Shown one piece after another: positions 35,595-45,740 of a stretch of DNA of 64,000 nucleotides (position 1 is its first letter; each line of letters starts with the position of its first letter). The DNA is taken from contig JAUXTO010000022.1 of assembly GCA_030679255.1 (NCBI GenBank), positions 64,915 through 128,914 of the forward strand. Reading direction: 5' to 3'. The stretch comes from Candidatus Gottesmanbacteria bacterium. GTDB lineage: Bacteria; Patescibacteriota; Microgenomatia; UBA10105; UBA927. The notes under the pieces were generated by a model. It was not told the DNA's origin, made no database searches, and saw only the letters and a list, made by a program, of their open reading frames with translations. The position numbers and the translations under genes are program-made.

Positions 35595-37985
35595 CTAAAG
35601 CCTCGCCCGCTGGGCGATTTCCGCTTCCACGAGCTCTTTGCTGCGACCGTATTTGAGGCGGGAGAGTTGGACGATGGCGGCAGCAACTGCCTGATTTTTG
35701 GAGGCAACTACTTTGCTCATATCCTTCGTCAAATCCATGCTAAAGGGCTTCACCGGCTCATTGTGGACCGTGGTTTTGACGTAGGCGTTGAAACGGTCGA
35801 TGTTGATGAGGTCTGACTCATTGAAGGTCGGCTGAAATTCATGTTGCAAATAGTTGGCATCCGTCACGCCAATACGGAATGAGGCCACGGTGCCGACGTT
35901 TCCAAATACGGCATTTTTCACTTCCTCTTCCATCTGCCCGATGAACTGATTGGCGACAATCAGATTGAGTCGGTATTTCCGGGCTTCGGAGAGAATTTGC
36001 GCAAAGTCCGGGGTCGCAAAATTTTGAAACTCATCGACGTAAAGATAAAAATCGCGCCGCTTTTCCTCCGGTATTTCCTGCCGGCTCATGGCGGAGATCA
36101 AAATACGGGGAACAAGGATAAGTCCAAGGAAATTGCTGTTCTCCTCACCAAGTTTCCCTTTAGCAAGATTGACCAAGAGGATCTTCCCCTCATCCATGAC
36201 TTTCCGAAACTCGAAGCTCGAGTTGGATTGCCCGATGATATTGCGGATGAGTTTATTGGTAATGAAGCGGCCAAATTTCGAGACGATGTAGTCCAGAACC
36301 TCGGATTTATGAAAGTCTGCCGTTTGGGCAATCTGATCCGTCCAATACCGCCGCACAATCGGATCTTTAACCAATGGTAATAACGACTGCACGAAGTCCG
36401 GCCGCTGGAGGGTCTGCACAACCTCAATGAATGTGCCGTTGGGAATGGCTTCCATGACGGTAAGCATTGCGTTTCGTATTGCGTGCTCAAACCGTGGCCC
36501 GATGATACCCGTTTTCATAGGGTCAAAGAGTTTATACATGAGTCCGACGATCGAGGTCGCCACAAAATGCTTTTGCAATTCTGTTTTCGCTTCCAATAAA
36601 TTCAGTCCGATCGGCCGCTCGCTGTCTCCGGGATCAAAATAAATGACGTCTTCAGCCCGCTCCGGCGGCATGCGCGCAAGGATATTTTCAACCAAATCTC
36701 CGTGGGGATCAACGACTGCCAACCCGTGCCCGGCGTGGATATCCTGCATGACCATCTCTTCAAGAAGTTGTGATTTACCTGTACCGGTTTTTCCGATGAT
36801 GTACATGTGCCGCCTCCGGTCGTCTTCACCGATATAAATCCTGCGGTCTTGCCCGCGGTACCGGGAAATCCCCATGAATAATCCTGACGAGGGAATCTGA
36901 GACGGAGCAGGGGCGCGCTTGGCGTTTAGCCAAAAGATGTGGGCGGTCTCAACCGATTTATTCGGCAAATGGAAAATGGTCGCTAGCTCATCGGTTGATA
37001 AGACGCTATGCTGCGGCAGGAGCGGCAAATTGATGACCGGAAAATATCGGTAAATGAAGTCCACCATAAACAGCTGTTTGAACGGGAGCTTCACTTTCGT
37101 AAAATTATTGTGGTCACTGGCAAACTGCTCAAATGCGCCGATAAGATTCTCGAGATGCCGTTTTGCCGATTCCTCATCCGGAGAAGATATGACCAGCCGG
37201 ACAACCGCATTAAATCCGGGCTTACTCACTTTGCCCTCGATAGCCTCGAGACTCTTGGGGTCCACTTTAAAACTCGCTTTTTCGGGATTCGCTTCGTCTT
37301 TCTTCACTTTGGAGATGTATCCCCGGCCGAGTTTACGCCACTTACTATCCGCCGGTTGGATGAGGATCTGGACGGCAGCCCCCTCCCCTTCCGCCATTTT
37401 TGCCAAAACCGAGGTGATTGAAGAAAGAGGATCTACCGGTAAATCCCGATAAATGCGCATCGGGAAATAATTAGAACTTTTGAGTTTAAGCGCCGCAAAC
37501 GCGACCTTACCGGTCTGAGAAAATATCGTGTATTCGTCTACCTCCTTGATATCCGCCCCGCTATAACTCCCGTGGATTTGCTTTTCTACGTAATCCATGA
37601 GTTTGCGTGGGCACGAGACATAAAAACGGATATCTTCGCGCTTGGCGACAATCTCAAACGAGATGTGCTCCTGTGGCTTGAGGAACGACCAAAATCCGCC
37701 GTGAGATATGGAATGAAGACTTGCAAACAACTGTTCCGCTGCATCTATTTTTATCTCATTTTCCCTAGGGACGGCTATCTGCATGAGGACATACTCGAGA
37801 CTGCGCTCTTCGCGTTTCCTATATTTCCACATGAGAAACGCGACGTAGCCAAGGATTACCAAACCCGCAAGAAACACCACTAACAATAAAAGGCTTACGG
37901 CAAATACTTCCAATTGATAAGTGAGGTCTGTAAATTGTAATGGCATATAACGAGTCGTAAAGTCCGTAAAGTTGAAAGTCTTCAT
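35595..37985 (-). CDS. VirD4/TraG-like (DUF87/HerA-type) membrane ATPase
   Basis: N-terminal TM, HMYIIGKTGTGKS, DPHGD, YVDEFQNF and LSEARKY. Confidence 0.88.
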   Translation of the reverse strand: MKTFNFTDFTTRYMPLQFTDLTYQLEVFAVSLLLLVVFLAGLVILGYVAFLMWKYRKREERSLEYVLMQIAVPRENEIKIDAAEQLFASLHSISHGGFWSFLKPQEHISFEIVAKREDIRFYVSCPRKLMDYVEKQIHGSYSGADIKEVDEYTIFSQTGKVAFAALKLKSSNYFPMRIYRDLPVDPLSSITSVLAKMAEGEGAAVQILIQPADSKWRKLGRGYISKVKKDEANPEKASFKVDPKSLEAIEGKVSKPGFNAVVRLVISSPDEESAKRHLENLIGAFEQFASDHNNFTKVKLPFKQLFMVDFIYRYFPVINLPLLPQHSVLSTDELATIFHLPNKSVETAHIFWLNAKRAPAPSQIPSSGLFMGISRYRGQDRRIYIGEDDRRRHMYIIGKTGTGKSQLLEEMVMQDIHAGHGLAVVDPHGDLVENILARMPPERAEDVIYFDPGDSERPIGLNLLEAKTELQKHFVATSIVGLMYKLFDPMKTGIIGPRFEHAIRNAMLTVMEAIPNGTFIEVVQTLQRPDFVQSLLPLVKDPIVRRYWTDQIAQTADFHKSEVLDYIVSKFGRFITNKLIRNIIGQSNSSFEFRKVMDEGKILLVNLAKGKLGEENSNFLGLILVPRILISAMSRQEIPEEKRRDFYLYVDEFQNFATPDFAQILSEARKYRLNLIVANQFIGQMEEEVKNAVFGNVGTVASFRIGVTDANYLQHEFQPTFNESDLINIDRFNAYVKTTVHNEPVKPFSMDLTKDMSKVVASKNQAVAAAIVQLSRLKYGRSKELVEAEIAQRARL

Positions 37986-38028
37986 GTAACGCTTTATCGA
38001 CTTTAAAGACTTTTTGACTTTATAGACT

Positions 38029-38481
38029 TTAGACTTTTGGACTTTTGACTAATGTTCTGTGCAATTGTTTCAGTCTGCGTACGCAAAATTCCGCGAGCCA
38101 ACGCCACGAACTCGTGACGCTTTGCTTGAGTCCTAACGCAATCTGATCGTCCGTAAGCGGCAAGGTCACGGGCGGAGCCACCGGCACCACTGCGTCCCCG
38201 ATCGCCTTCACGCCCATTTGCGCGACAGGCTGCGGCAGTTGCACCGTCGTGGGCTGCGTGGACACTCCTGCTGCCGCTACTTCCTTCGGAAGTTCCATCT
38301 CTTTGCCCGTTAGGTCTTTAAGTCCCGGCTCTTCACGTCCCAATCCTCCTACTTCGAATTCTTTCCCACTAATACTTCTACCCGATTGCCCACCCATTGA
38401 TTGAATTGGGCTAATTTGATTATTGGTAGTATTGGTAATATTTGTAGTATTGGTAGTATTGTCAGCAGATGAGCCATCCAT
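38029..38481 (-). CDS. hypothetical protein
   Basis: C-terminal LPLTDDQI..SWRWLAEFC; N-terminal NTT repeat insert. Confidence 0.65.
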   Translation of the reverse strand: MDGSSADNTTNTTNITNTTNNQISPIQSMGGQSGRSISGKEFEVGGLGREEPGLKDLTGKEMELPKEVAAAGVSTQPTTVQLPQPVAQMGVKAIGDAVVPVAPPVTLPLTDDQIALGLKQSVTSSWRWLAEFCVRRLKQLHRTLVKSPKV

Positions 38482-38493
38482 ACTTTTATCATA

Positions 38494-40449
38494 TCACGAA
38501 GCATACGCAAAAATGACTGCGTGTTGAGGTAATAGATTCTTTCTTTTTTTCATTTGACGATTGGTAGTATTGGTAGTATTGGTAGTATTTTGCGCCCCCT
38601 GCTCCCGCAGTGCCGTTAAATAGTGAATAATCGACAAAAGTACCCACGGTGTCTCTTCTTTGTCTTGCAAGACATCGTCTTGCGAAGCTAGACGATGTCT
38701 TATGAAAGTACTCTTTGACGTACCGGCTTCTTTTCGACCAAGAATCATCCACACCATCCACGCAAACCGTACTCCGACAAAAACCATGCGCTCTTGCAAT
38801 CGCACATCCTCAGCAAAACCAGGCTTTGCTCTTCGAAAGCCCGGCTTTCGTAACACACGTTTTTCCTTTTCGCTTCGCGAGGCACTTCCTTGCGAAGCAA
38901 ACTTTGCAAATTCCGTATCTGCCACCGCTAACTTCACCCAAACTATTTTTTCGCGTCTTGGCATTCGCATCCGGTCAAGAGTCCGTTCCGCTCTCCGTAT
39001 CATCTGGTACAATTTTCTTATCTGTTGTTTTTCCCGCTTTTCCAAAATTATCGGTGTCAATAATTCTGCGGCCGCAACTTTTTTGATCCCTTTCTCCATG
39101 TTCATTTTTCTTCTCTCTTTCCGTTTACGCTTATCGCGATCATTGAAAGTAAAAATACGACCTTCGGCCGTCACCTCCAGATGCAGCTTCAACCGCTTCC
39201 TCCTCGCCTTCAGTTCTTTTGTCTCCCAGCTTCGCAAGACCACCTCTTGCGAAGCTAAACGATTCTTTTTTACTTCCCGTTTTGCTTTCCGTAATTCCTT
39301 ATTCTTTCTTCTTAATTCTTTTTTCGCGTGCCGTGCGATACTCTTTTCTACCGCCCGGACCGGTGTGGGCAATTGTTCTGCAATCCGGGCCAGAAGTACC
39401 GGCGCCGCATGCATGGCAAGGCCGGTCTCGGCTATCACGGATAGTGCCCGCGCGTCTCTTTGCATTTGAACATGACGCTTGGCAGTCAACTCAACGACGC
39501 TCACTGGCTTCTCACGGATTTTTGCTAACGTTATGCGCTCGGATGGTTGCCCTCTCCGGCCCTCAAGGACATTCGCTCGTTTCACTACTCCCTCCCCGTG
39601 CATCTCCCTCTGTATCTTTTTACTGCGCAAATAAACCGCCACATCTCTGACCGTTTCGCGCGTATCGTGAAGCACTCTTGATGAAATATCGGTCAACATA
39701 TCCTGGCGGTAATTCTCTTGTGTACTTGCTTGTTTTTGTTGGCGTTCCTGCGGCACCTCTTCTGGCAGACGCGAGTAGGTTTCCTGATGCGACCGGTGAA
39801 TCTTCGTCACCATTGCGTTTTTGATCTCGGCAAAGGAATTGTTTGCATTGGATTGAATTGCCAACACAAATGCTTGTTTTTGGTGCGCGTGCTGATGAAA
39901 CGAAACACTATCTTGCTGTTCAAACGCAGTAAATGACGTACCCGTACGCACATCTTCAATCCGTATATTTTTTCCCAAATCAATTCTTGACCCGTCATAC
40001 CGCGTGGGGTCGGACGCATTCTTCGTCCAAACGGAAAGATAGCGGGACACGATATTGCCGTCCTGATCCAAATGCTGTTCCGGCAAAATAATTTTTTCCG
40101 CGCCCTCAACCGCAAGCCTTGTCGCCTCCCGCAGTGTCGCTGCCTCAAGGGGCGCAGTAGCTTTTATATTCTCCGGCACGAGACTGCTGTATCTCCCTTG
40201 GGTAATATTTGCAGTCATTTCATCCAAACTCACTCCTGTTTCTGTCATCATCTTTCCATCACGAAGTGTGAGCGACCACTGACTTTCCTGTCCTTTTTGT
40301 TCCTGGATCCAACTCCGTATATCTGCGCGCAGATATTGCCGCGCTGTTTCTTCGCCAAGCGTAGCCACGTTCTCCGCGTAGGTTGCGTGAGCGAGTGCAT
40401 TATTCCAACTGTGTCCGCCTTCATCCCCGGCGAGGGCAAATTCTGCCAT
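38494..40449 (-). CDS. large hypothetical protein, basic C-terminal half with multiple in-frame palindromes
   Basis: 651-aa ORF; no family recognised. Confidence 0.7.
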   Translation of the reverse strand: MAEFALAGDEGGHSWNNALAHATYAENVATLGEETARQYLRADIRSWIQEQKGQESQWSLTLRDGKMMTETGVSLDEMTANITQGRYSSLVPENIKATAPLEAATLREATRLAVEGAEKIILPEQHLDQDGNIVSRYLSVWTKNASDPTRYDGSRIDLGKNIRIEDVRTGTSFTAFEQQDSVSFHQHAHQKQAFVLAIQSNANNSFAEIKNAMVTKIHRSHQETYSRLPEEVPQERQQKQASTQENYRQDMLTDISSRVLHDTRETVRDVAVYLRSKKIQREMHGEGVVKRANVLEGRRGQPSERITLAKIREKPVSVVELTAKRHVQMQRDARALSVIAETGLAMHAAPVLLARIAEQLPTPVRAVEKSIARHAKKELRRKNKELRKAKREVKKNRLASQEVVLRSWETKELKARRKRLKLHLEVTAEGRIFTFNDRDKRKRKERRKMNMEKGIKKVAAAELLTPIILEKREKQQIRKLYQMIRRAERTLDRMRMPRREKIVWVKLAVADTEFAKFASQGSASRSEKEKRVLRKPGFRRAKPGFAEDVRLQERMVFVGVRFAWMVWMILGRKEAGTSKSTFIRHRLASQDDVLQDKEETPWVLLSIIHYLTALREQGAQNTTNTTNTTNRQMKKRKNLLPQHAVIFAYAS

Positions 40450-40450
40450 A

Positions 40451-40921
40451 TCAGAGGATTGCCTCCATCCCTGTCTCCCACGGCGCAAAGCCGTTTGCTT
40501 TATAGAACGCTATCGCGTTCGTGTTGTTGGTATAGGCGGAAACATAGATCCGCTCGACGCGCCTAGACTTCAGCCATATTTTAATTTTTTCGATAAGCGC
40601 ACGCCCCACTCCCTGTTTTCGTGCCGTCGGGACGATATACATGTTCTCGAGTTCCCCGGTTTTCACCATCCGGTACCGCCATTTGTTGACCATCGAGGCA
40701 ATGATGTACCCCACCGGATTATTATTATCGTCCTCGGCAATGAACACAATTTTCCCGGAATCCATGAGGGATTTCATGTAATACTCAACGCCTGCGACGC
40801 TTACCGGCCAATGGGTATCAAGCGCTGCATCGTTTTTCTGATCTTCCGCAAAAAGCGCGGCATTGAGCGCCTGGATGAGAGAAAAGTCCTTTTCTGTCGC
40901 CTGTCGTATCGTGAATTCCAT
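40451..40921 (-). CDS. GNAT acetyltransferase
   Basis: ELENMYIVPTARKQGVGRAL and NAIAFYKANGF. Confidence 0.9.
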   Translation of the reverse strand: MEFTIRQATEKDFSLIQALNAALFAEDQKNDAALDTHWPVSVAGVEYYMKSLMDSGKIVFIAEDDNNNPVGYIIASMVNKWRYRMVKTGELENMYIVPTARKQGVGRALIEKIKIWLKSRRVERIYVSAYTNNTNAIAFYKANGFAPWETGMEAIL

Positions 40922-41014
40922 AAAAAATCCTCTCACCTGAGAGGATCCATAAGTTACCTGACTTCAGTATTCAATCTTCCAACCGTCTGGCGACTGATTA
41001 CTGACGACTTTTGT

Positions 41015-41105
41015 GAATTCCTGCTCGGGATTGCAAAAAAATAAAGAGTTCCGGACTTTACCGTTGCGGCACAGTGGCTGATTTACGCAGCCTTCCTCTT
41101 TGTCT
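41015..41105 (-). ncRNA. compact cobalamin riboswitch (class II-like)
   Basis: AAAGAG-GAA-GGCUG-CGUAAAU-CAGCC-ACUGUGCCGCAACGGUAAAGUCCGGAA-CUCUUU, then a CCGAGCAGG hairpin. Adjacent to a cobalamin adenosyltransferase. Confidence 0.72.
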
Positions 41106-41137
41106 CACCGTATTGAATCATTGTACCATTATTTCAT

Positions 41138-41752
41138 TCATTGGTCGGATTTTTTCGTCCCCCGCCAAACCACTTCTTCCACGTTCTCCTGTTTGTTTAT
41201 AAACCGGGCGAGAACAAAAAACAAGTCCGAAAGCCGATTGAGATACTTTATGATGACCGGATCAATGGATTGTTTCTGTGATAACGCAACCGTTTGCCGT
41301 TCAACACGCCTACAAATCGCCCGGGCAATATGGGTCCGGGCGCCAATCGCCGCTCCGCCTGGTAAAATAAAATTTCTAATCGGCATCAGGTCTTTTTCCA
41401 TCATATCTATGCGCGTCTCCATTTCTTTTGTCCGCGGCTCAAGATCGGCTAAGTGTCCTTTCCCGCCTGCAACGCTATGCGTACCCGCCTGCAGCGATGC
41501 AGCAGCTTCGGGCAGGGCATTGCGGGCAGGCCATCCGGCGAGTGTACTTCCTATGGTGAAGACGTCTGATTGGATCAATTGGAGAAATTGTGATACATCA
41601 GGAACGGAAAATTCCGCAGCGATTAGCCCAATCCAGGAATTCAACTCATCCAGCGACCCGTACACTTCCACGAGCTCCTCGCATTTGAGTACGCGCTTCC
41701 CGCCAAACAGTGATGTGGAGCCGGTATCCCCGGTACGAGTGTAGATGGACAT
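41138..41752 (-). CDS. pduO: PduO-type ATP:cob(I)alamin adenosyltransferase
   Basis: IYTRTGDTG, YGSLDELNS, FILPGG, RRVER and YLNRLSD. Confidence 0.93.
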   Translation of the reverse strand: MSIYTRTGDTGSTSLFGGKRVLKCEELVEVYGSLDELNSWIGLIAAEFSVPDVSQFLQLIQSDVFTIGSTLAGWPARNALPEAAASLQAGTHSVAGGKGHLADLEPRTKEMETRIDMMEKDLMPIRNFILPGGAAIGARTHIARAICRRVERQTVALSQKQSIDPVIIKYLNRLSDLFFVLARFINKQENVEEVVWRGTKKSDQ

Positions 41753-41756
41753 AGGG

Positions 41757-41866
41757 AATAAACGAATCGAATTTCAATAAACGAATAAACTAATAAACAA
41801 ATAAAATATACAAATAATCCATTCGTTTATTCTATTATTGGATTATTCACTTATTCGTTTATTATT
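41757..41866. repeat. inverted arrays of AATAAACG-type 8-mers
   Basis: AATAAACGAAT units face ATTCGTTTATT units. Confidence 0.75.
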
Positions 41867-44383
41867 CTAGCATTCTGAATAGCCGCATGAGTAGCACTTC
41901 TTGCAACTTTCTTCAAACACCAAGCTCCCCTCACCGCAGCTCGGGCAGAGGTCGACCGTCACCACGCGCTCCTGGGCTACCGCCCGCTGGTAGGACGCGA
42001 CATCCACGGATTGCTCTTTATCTCCATCAACCTCCATTTTTGGTTCCGGCGTGTGACCGTTTCCGTTGGATGTTCCATTGGCAAGTGTTGCCGTCATCGC
42101 AGCGCCACCTGTGGTGAGCGGAGTCGAACCATTACCATTGAACGCATGAGACGCAATCACGTCTCCTCCTGCGCTCTTCGATTCATCCGTCAACCGGTGC
42201 TTGGTAAAAAATCCAAAATGACGGTCGATGACTTTGGCAACTGCGTCGGGCAGACTCCGCACCCGATTTTCCCCAAAGCCGAGGCTCCGCGCTCCCCCGA
42301 TGCCGATGAGTTCCGCGGCCACTTTATGCGCGCGTTCGATTGGAGAGACGGGTGAAGCGATCCGGAATATAAGGGAAATAAGCCGGCCCATGGCCTCAGC
42401 CATCGCCGTCACATCGCTGCCTGCTTTGCCGATATTCATAAAAAGTTCGAGCGGCTGCCGTCCGCCATTGGTGTTTATCGTCACATAGGCCTGGCCCACC
42501 GGTGTTTCTACCTGATACGTCGAACCGTGTACGACCATCGGACGGGGTTTAATTTCCGGCACATACTGACCCGCGACTTTTACTTCATTTTCCCCACCGG
42601 ATACCGCAGCAGGCTTCTCTTCTATCCGCTCCAATACCCCCTGCCTGCTCCCCTCCCGCATGTACGCGATCCCTTTGCACCCTAATTCATACGCGAGTGT
42701 ATACAGACGCTTCACATCCTCGACCGTATGCGTTTTTGGGGCATTGACCGTTTTGCTGATTGAAGCGTCCACATGCTTCTGTATTGCCGCCTGGACATAG
42801 ACGTGATCCTCAGGAGTGAGGTCATTAGCGGACACAAAATAATCCGGCCGGTCTGCTTTCGTGGGTTCACGCCCATTACTCGCGCTAAACTGGGCATACC
42901 ACGCGTCGTACAAAGGGTGACGTATGACATGCTCGCCCAACCGGTCATGGCGTTTGAATTCAAACTCATACACCGGCTCGATGCCGGAGCTCACGCCCGC
43001 CATAAGTGATGTACTCCCGGTCGGCGCTTGCTGAAGGATGACGGAATTGCGCACTCCGTGCTTTTTCATGTTCTTTCGGATCTCTTCGGGAAGTTGCTTG
43101 ATGAAGTATCCTTCCAAATGTTTTTTTATGTCGATGCCGGGAAATGCACCCTTTTCTGCGGCAAGGGCGACCGACGATTCGTACGCCGCATCCCGGATAG
43201 TCCGGTATATCTTGTCAATGACCGCCAAACTTTCTTTCGAGCCATACCGGAGCTTCATTTTGATAAGTGCATCCCCCAGTCCCATGGTCCCCAATCCAAT
43301 CCTGCGCTCTCCATCCACCTGACGTTTTTTTATTTCCGGAAATATATACACATCAGCATCGATGACGTTATCCTGAAACCGGACCCCGACTTTGGCAATT
43401 TCAGTCAATCTTTCATAATCCATCTCTCCGTCGTCACTCACCAACGCCGCAAGATTAATCGAGGTGAGGTTACAAACGCCCCAATTTGGAAGTCCCTCTT
43501 CACCACATGGGTTAACGCAATTCACGTATTCCCAATAATAATTGTTAAACCATTTGTTATACCGCTCCATGAAGACAACCCCTGGTTCGGCGCTCTGCCA
43601 AGCGGCTTTTGCAATGAGATCCCACAGCGCCCGGGCTTTTATTGTCTTTTGGACAATAACCTTTTTACCGAGCTTCAACCAGTTAGGAAGATACCCATCC
43701 CATTTTTCATCATACTCCGGATCACTTTTGTCCGGAAATACGAGGTCCCAGTCGGCATCGATTTTGACCGCATCCATAAACTTATCAGAGACACATACAG
43801 AAAGATTTGCGCCGTTGATACGGGCAAGGTCCTGTTTGACGGTGATAAACTCCTCGACATCCGGATGCCAATCCCACAACATTAACATTAAAGCCCCGCG
43901 CCGACTCCCCCCTTGTTGGATGATGTCCCGGGTCGTAACGGAAAAAAGTTCTGCCCAGTTGATGGGCCCAGAAGAAAAACCATTCACTTTTTTCACGCGC
44001 GAACCGCGTGGCCGCAAACTTGAAAGATTTATTCCCACTCCCCCGCCGCGGGACATGATCTCGACCATTTGAGACAGTGTCGCGAGTATCCCCTGCCGGG
44101 AATCTTTTGGACTCGGGATGACGAAGCAGTTATAAAACGTAACTTTGTATCCGGTACCGGCACCGGAAAGGATACGGCCACCGGGAATCAATACAAAATC
44201 TTTCATTGCGCGGTAGTACGCCTCTTCCCAAAGCTCCCGCTTGGTCTTAGATTCAACGCCTGCGATGGCGTGGGCCACCCGACGCCACATCTCCTCCGGC
44301 GTTTTTTCCGTGGGACTTCCCGCCTCATCTTTGAGCGCGTATCGGTCGAGAAATACTTTTTGTCTGATGCCGGTGAGATCCAT
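41867..44383 (-). CDS. nrdJ: class II (adenosylcobalamin-dependent) ribonucleotide reductase
   Basis: YNCFV, NPCGE, APTGSTS..SSGIEP, TSCPD-like domain (RSLPDA) and C-terminal CPSC..CYSCGYSEC. Confidence 0.93.
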   Translation of the reverse strand: MDLTGIRQKVFLDRYALKDEAGSPTEKTPEEMWRRVAHAIAGVESKTKRELWEEAYYRAMKDFVLIPGGRILSGAGTGYKVTFYNCFVIPSPKDSRQGILATLSQMVEIMSRGGGVGINLSSLRPRGSRVKKVNGFSSGPINWAELFSVTTRDIIQQGGSRRGALMLMLWDWHPDVEEFITVKQDLARINGANLSVCVSDKFMDAVKIDADWDLVFPDKSDPEYDEKWDGYLPNWLKLGKKVIVQKTIKARALWDLIAKAAWQSAEPGVVFMERYNKWFNNYYWEYVNCVNPCGEEGLPNWGVCNLTSINLAALVSDDGEMDYERLTEIAKVGVRFQDNVIDADVYIFPEIKKRQVDGERRIGLGTMGLGDALIKMKLRYGSKESLAVIDKIYRTIRDAAYESSVALAAEKGAFPGIDIKKHLEGYFIKQLPEEIRKNMKKHGVRNSVILQQAPTGSTSLMAGVSSGIEPVYEFEFKRHDRLGEHVIRHPLYDAWYAQFSASNGREPTKADRPDYFVSANDLTPEDHVYVQAAIQKHVDASISKTVNAPKTHTVEDVKRLYTLAYELGCKGIAYMREGSRQGVLERIEEKPAAVSGGENEVKVAGQYVPEIKPRPMVVHGSTYQVETPVGQAYVTINTNGGRQPLELFMNIGKAGSDVTAMAEAMGRLISLIFRIASPVSPIERAHKVAAELIGIGGARSLGFGENRVRSLPDAVAKVIDRHFGFFTKHRLTDESKSAGGDVIASHAFNGNGSTPLTTGGAAMTATLANGTSNGNGHTPEPKMEVDGDKEQSVDVASYQRAVAQERVVTVDLCPSCGEGSLVFEESCKKCYSCGYSEC

Positions 44384-44384
44384 A

Positions 44385-44831
44385 TTATAAAAGTTTTTTC
44401 ACTTCCCTCTCAAAATCCTCTACGTCCACAAACTGCCGGAATACGCTCGCAAAGCGAATATACGCTACTTTATCCAGTTTTTTCAAGCGCCGGGCCACAA
44501 GCTCCCCTATTTTCTTACTGGATATTTCCGTTGTGTCTCCGCCGATAAGCTCACGTTCGACCTCATCCACAATCCGATCCACATCTTCGGCTTTTACCGT
44601 CGTCTTGCCGCTAGAGCGCACAATGCCGCGCTTTAGTTTTTCCCGGTCAAACGATTCACGCCGATCGTCTTTTTTGATGACCGTCAAAGGCACCGACTCA
44701 ATCCGTTCGTACGTCGTAAACCGCTTCTCACACTTGGCACAGCTCCTCCGGCGTCGGGTCACGGCCAAATCTTCGCTATCGCGTGTTTCCAAAACCTCAG
44801 TTTCTTCGTGATTGCAGTATGGACACTTCAT
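44385..44831 (-). CDS. nrdR: transcriptional repressor NrdR
   Basis: KCPYC, RRRRSC..C..RFTTYE, ATP cone and VAYIRFASV. Confidence 0.97.
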   Translation of the reverse strand: MKCPYCNHEETEVLETRDSEDLAVTRRRRSCAKCEKRFTTYERIESVPLTVIKKDDRRESFDREKLKRGIVRSSGKTTVKAEDVDRIVDEVERELIGGDTTEISSKKIGELVARRLKKLDKVAYIRFASVFRQFVDVEDFEREVKKLL

Positions 44832-44841
44832 GAAATCTCAA

Positions 44842-44889
44842 ACACTATCAGTGGGGCACGTGACTCTCCTCACCCACTATATGAAGAGT
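44842..44889. promoter_or_regulatory. tandem NrdR boxes
   Basis: ACACTATCAGTGGGG (44842) and CCACTATATGAAGAG (44874), 32 bp apart, resemble acaCwAtATaTwGtg. Confidence 0.55.
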
Positions 44890-45070
44890 TCAGAGAGACG
44901 TCAACTGGTAATTTCTAGATCAAAGAGAGTCAACATTTTCCATCAGCCTCAAAAGAAAAAATTTGAGGAAAAAGTACGGGGTTTATGACGTGCAACAAGA
45001 GATATATGTATTAATTGTGTTCAATGTATTTCCGATTGGTCGGATTGACTTAATCGTTGGATTGGTCGGA

Positions 45071-45670
45071 TTACTTTAATTTCTCCACTTCTCCCTGTAG
45101 TTTCTTAACAAATTCAAACGATCCGGTCAACCCCAATTGCACCGGCCCTGTCGTGTCGGCAATCATCTCTGTCATCACTTCTCTATGCTTTTCCATAGAT
45201 CGAACTAATTTGTCCGTCATGGCCGCCGGCGCCGGACGCCCAATGGATTTATACGCCGCGAGCGTGCTGACCGCGCGCTCCATGTATTTTTCTCCTTTGG
45301 AGATTACCTCCTCGGCGAGCGTCCCCTTCCCCTGCTCAATCAATACTTTTCCCATATTCAAGCGTTTGTCCGCCTGAAGGACAAGAAATTCGGCCTTCCG
45401 TAACGGATCTACGATTAACCGGTCCATGATCCCGTCACGGATTTGTTTCAGGAAATAGAGCGGATGATCCGGAAGGATTCCGGGAAATGGAAGTAAGTAC
45501 TCCTGCTTTTTTTCGATCACCGTTGCGGCTTTTATCACAGGCGCAAGGGTCACAACGACAGTCGGTTTCCCAACGGTTTTTGACGAAGGCACTGCGGCAT
45601 ATGCAGGTCGGGAAGTGGCAACAATGAAAAATGTGAGTAATCCAACGAAATACATCATTTTGATTTTCAT
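45071..45670 (-). CDS. exported DUF5667-like protein
   Basis: Signal peptide and LPFPGILPDHPLYFLK..ADKRL. Confidence 0.75.
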   Translation of the reverse strand: MKIKMMYFVGLLTFFIVATSRPAYAAVPSSKTVGKPTVVVTLAPVIKAATVIEKKQEYLLPFPGILPDHPLYFLKQIRDGIMDRLIVDPLRKAEFLVLQADKRLNMGKVLIEQGKGTLAEEVISKGEKYMERAVSTLAAYKSIGRPAPAAMTDKLVRSMEKHREVMTEMIADTTGPVQLGLTGSFEFVKKLQGEVEKLK

Positions 45671-45740
45671 ATGGCCCTCCTTAAATGTATCTCCAGTATA
45701 CGCCCGCATAACCTTTGAATGCAAATAACCCCAAAAGAAT

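Noticed and set aside
40925-40950. CTCTCAGG as a glycine riboswitch
   Set aside because: No GGAGA/GCCGAAG aptamer core; it is part of a simple RBS hairpin.
41867-44383. Intein or intron in nrdJ
   Set aside because: The ORF is continuous through NPCGE with no C...HN splice motifs; the extra length is a low-complexity linker.
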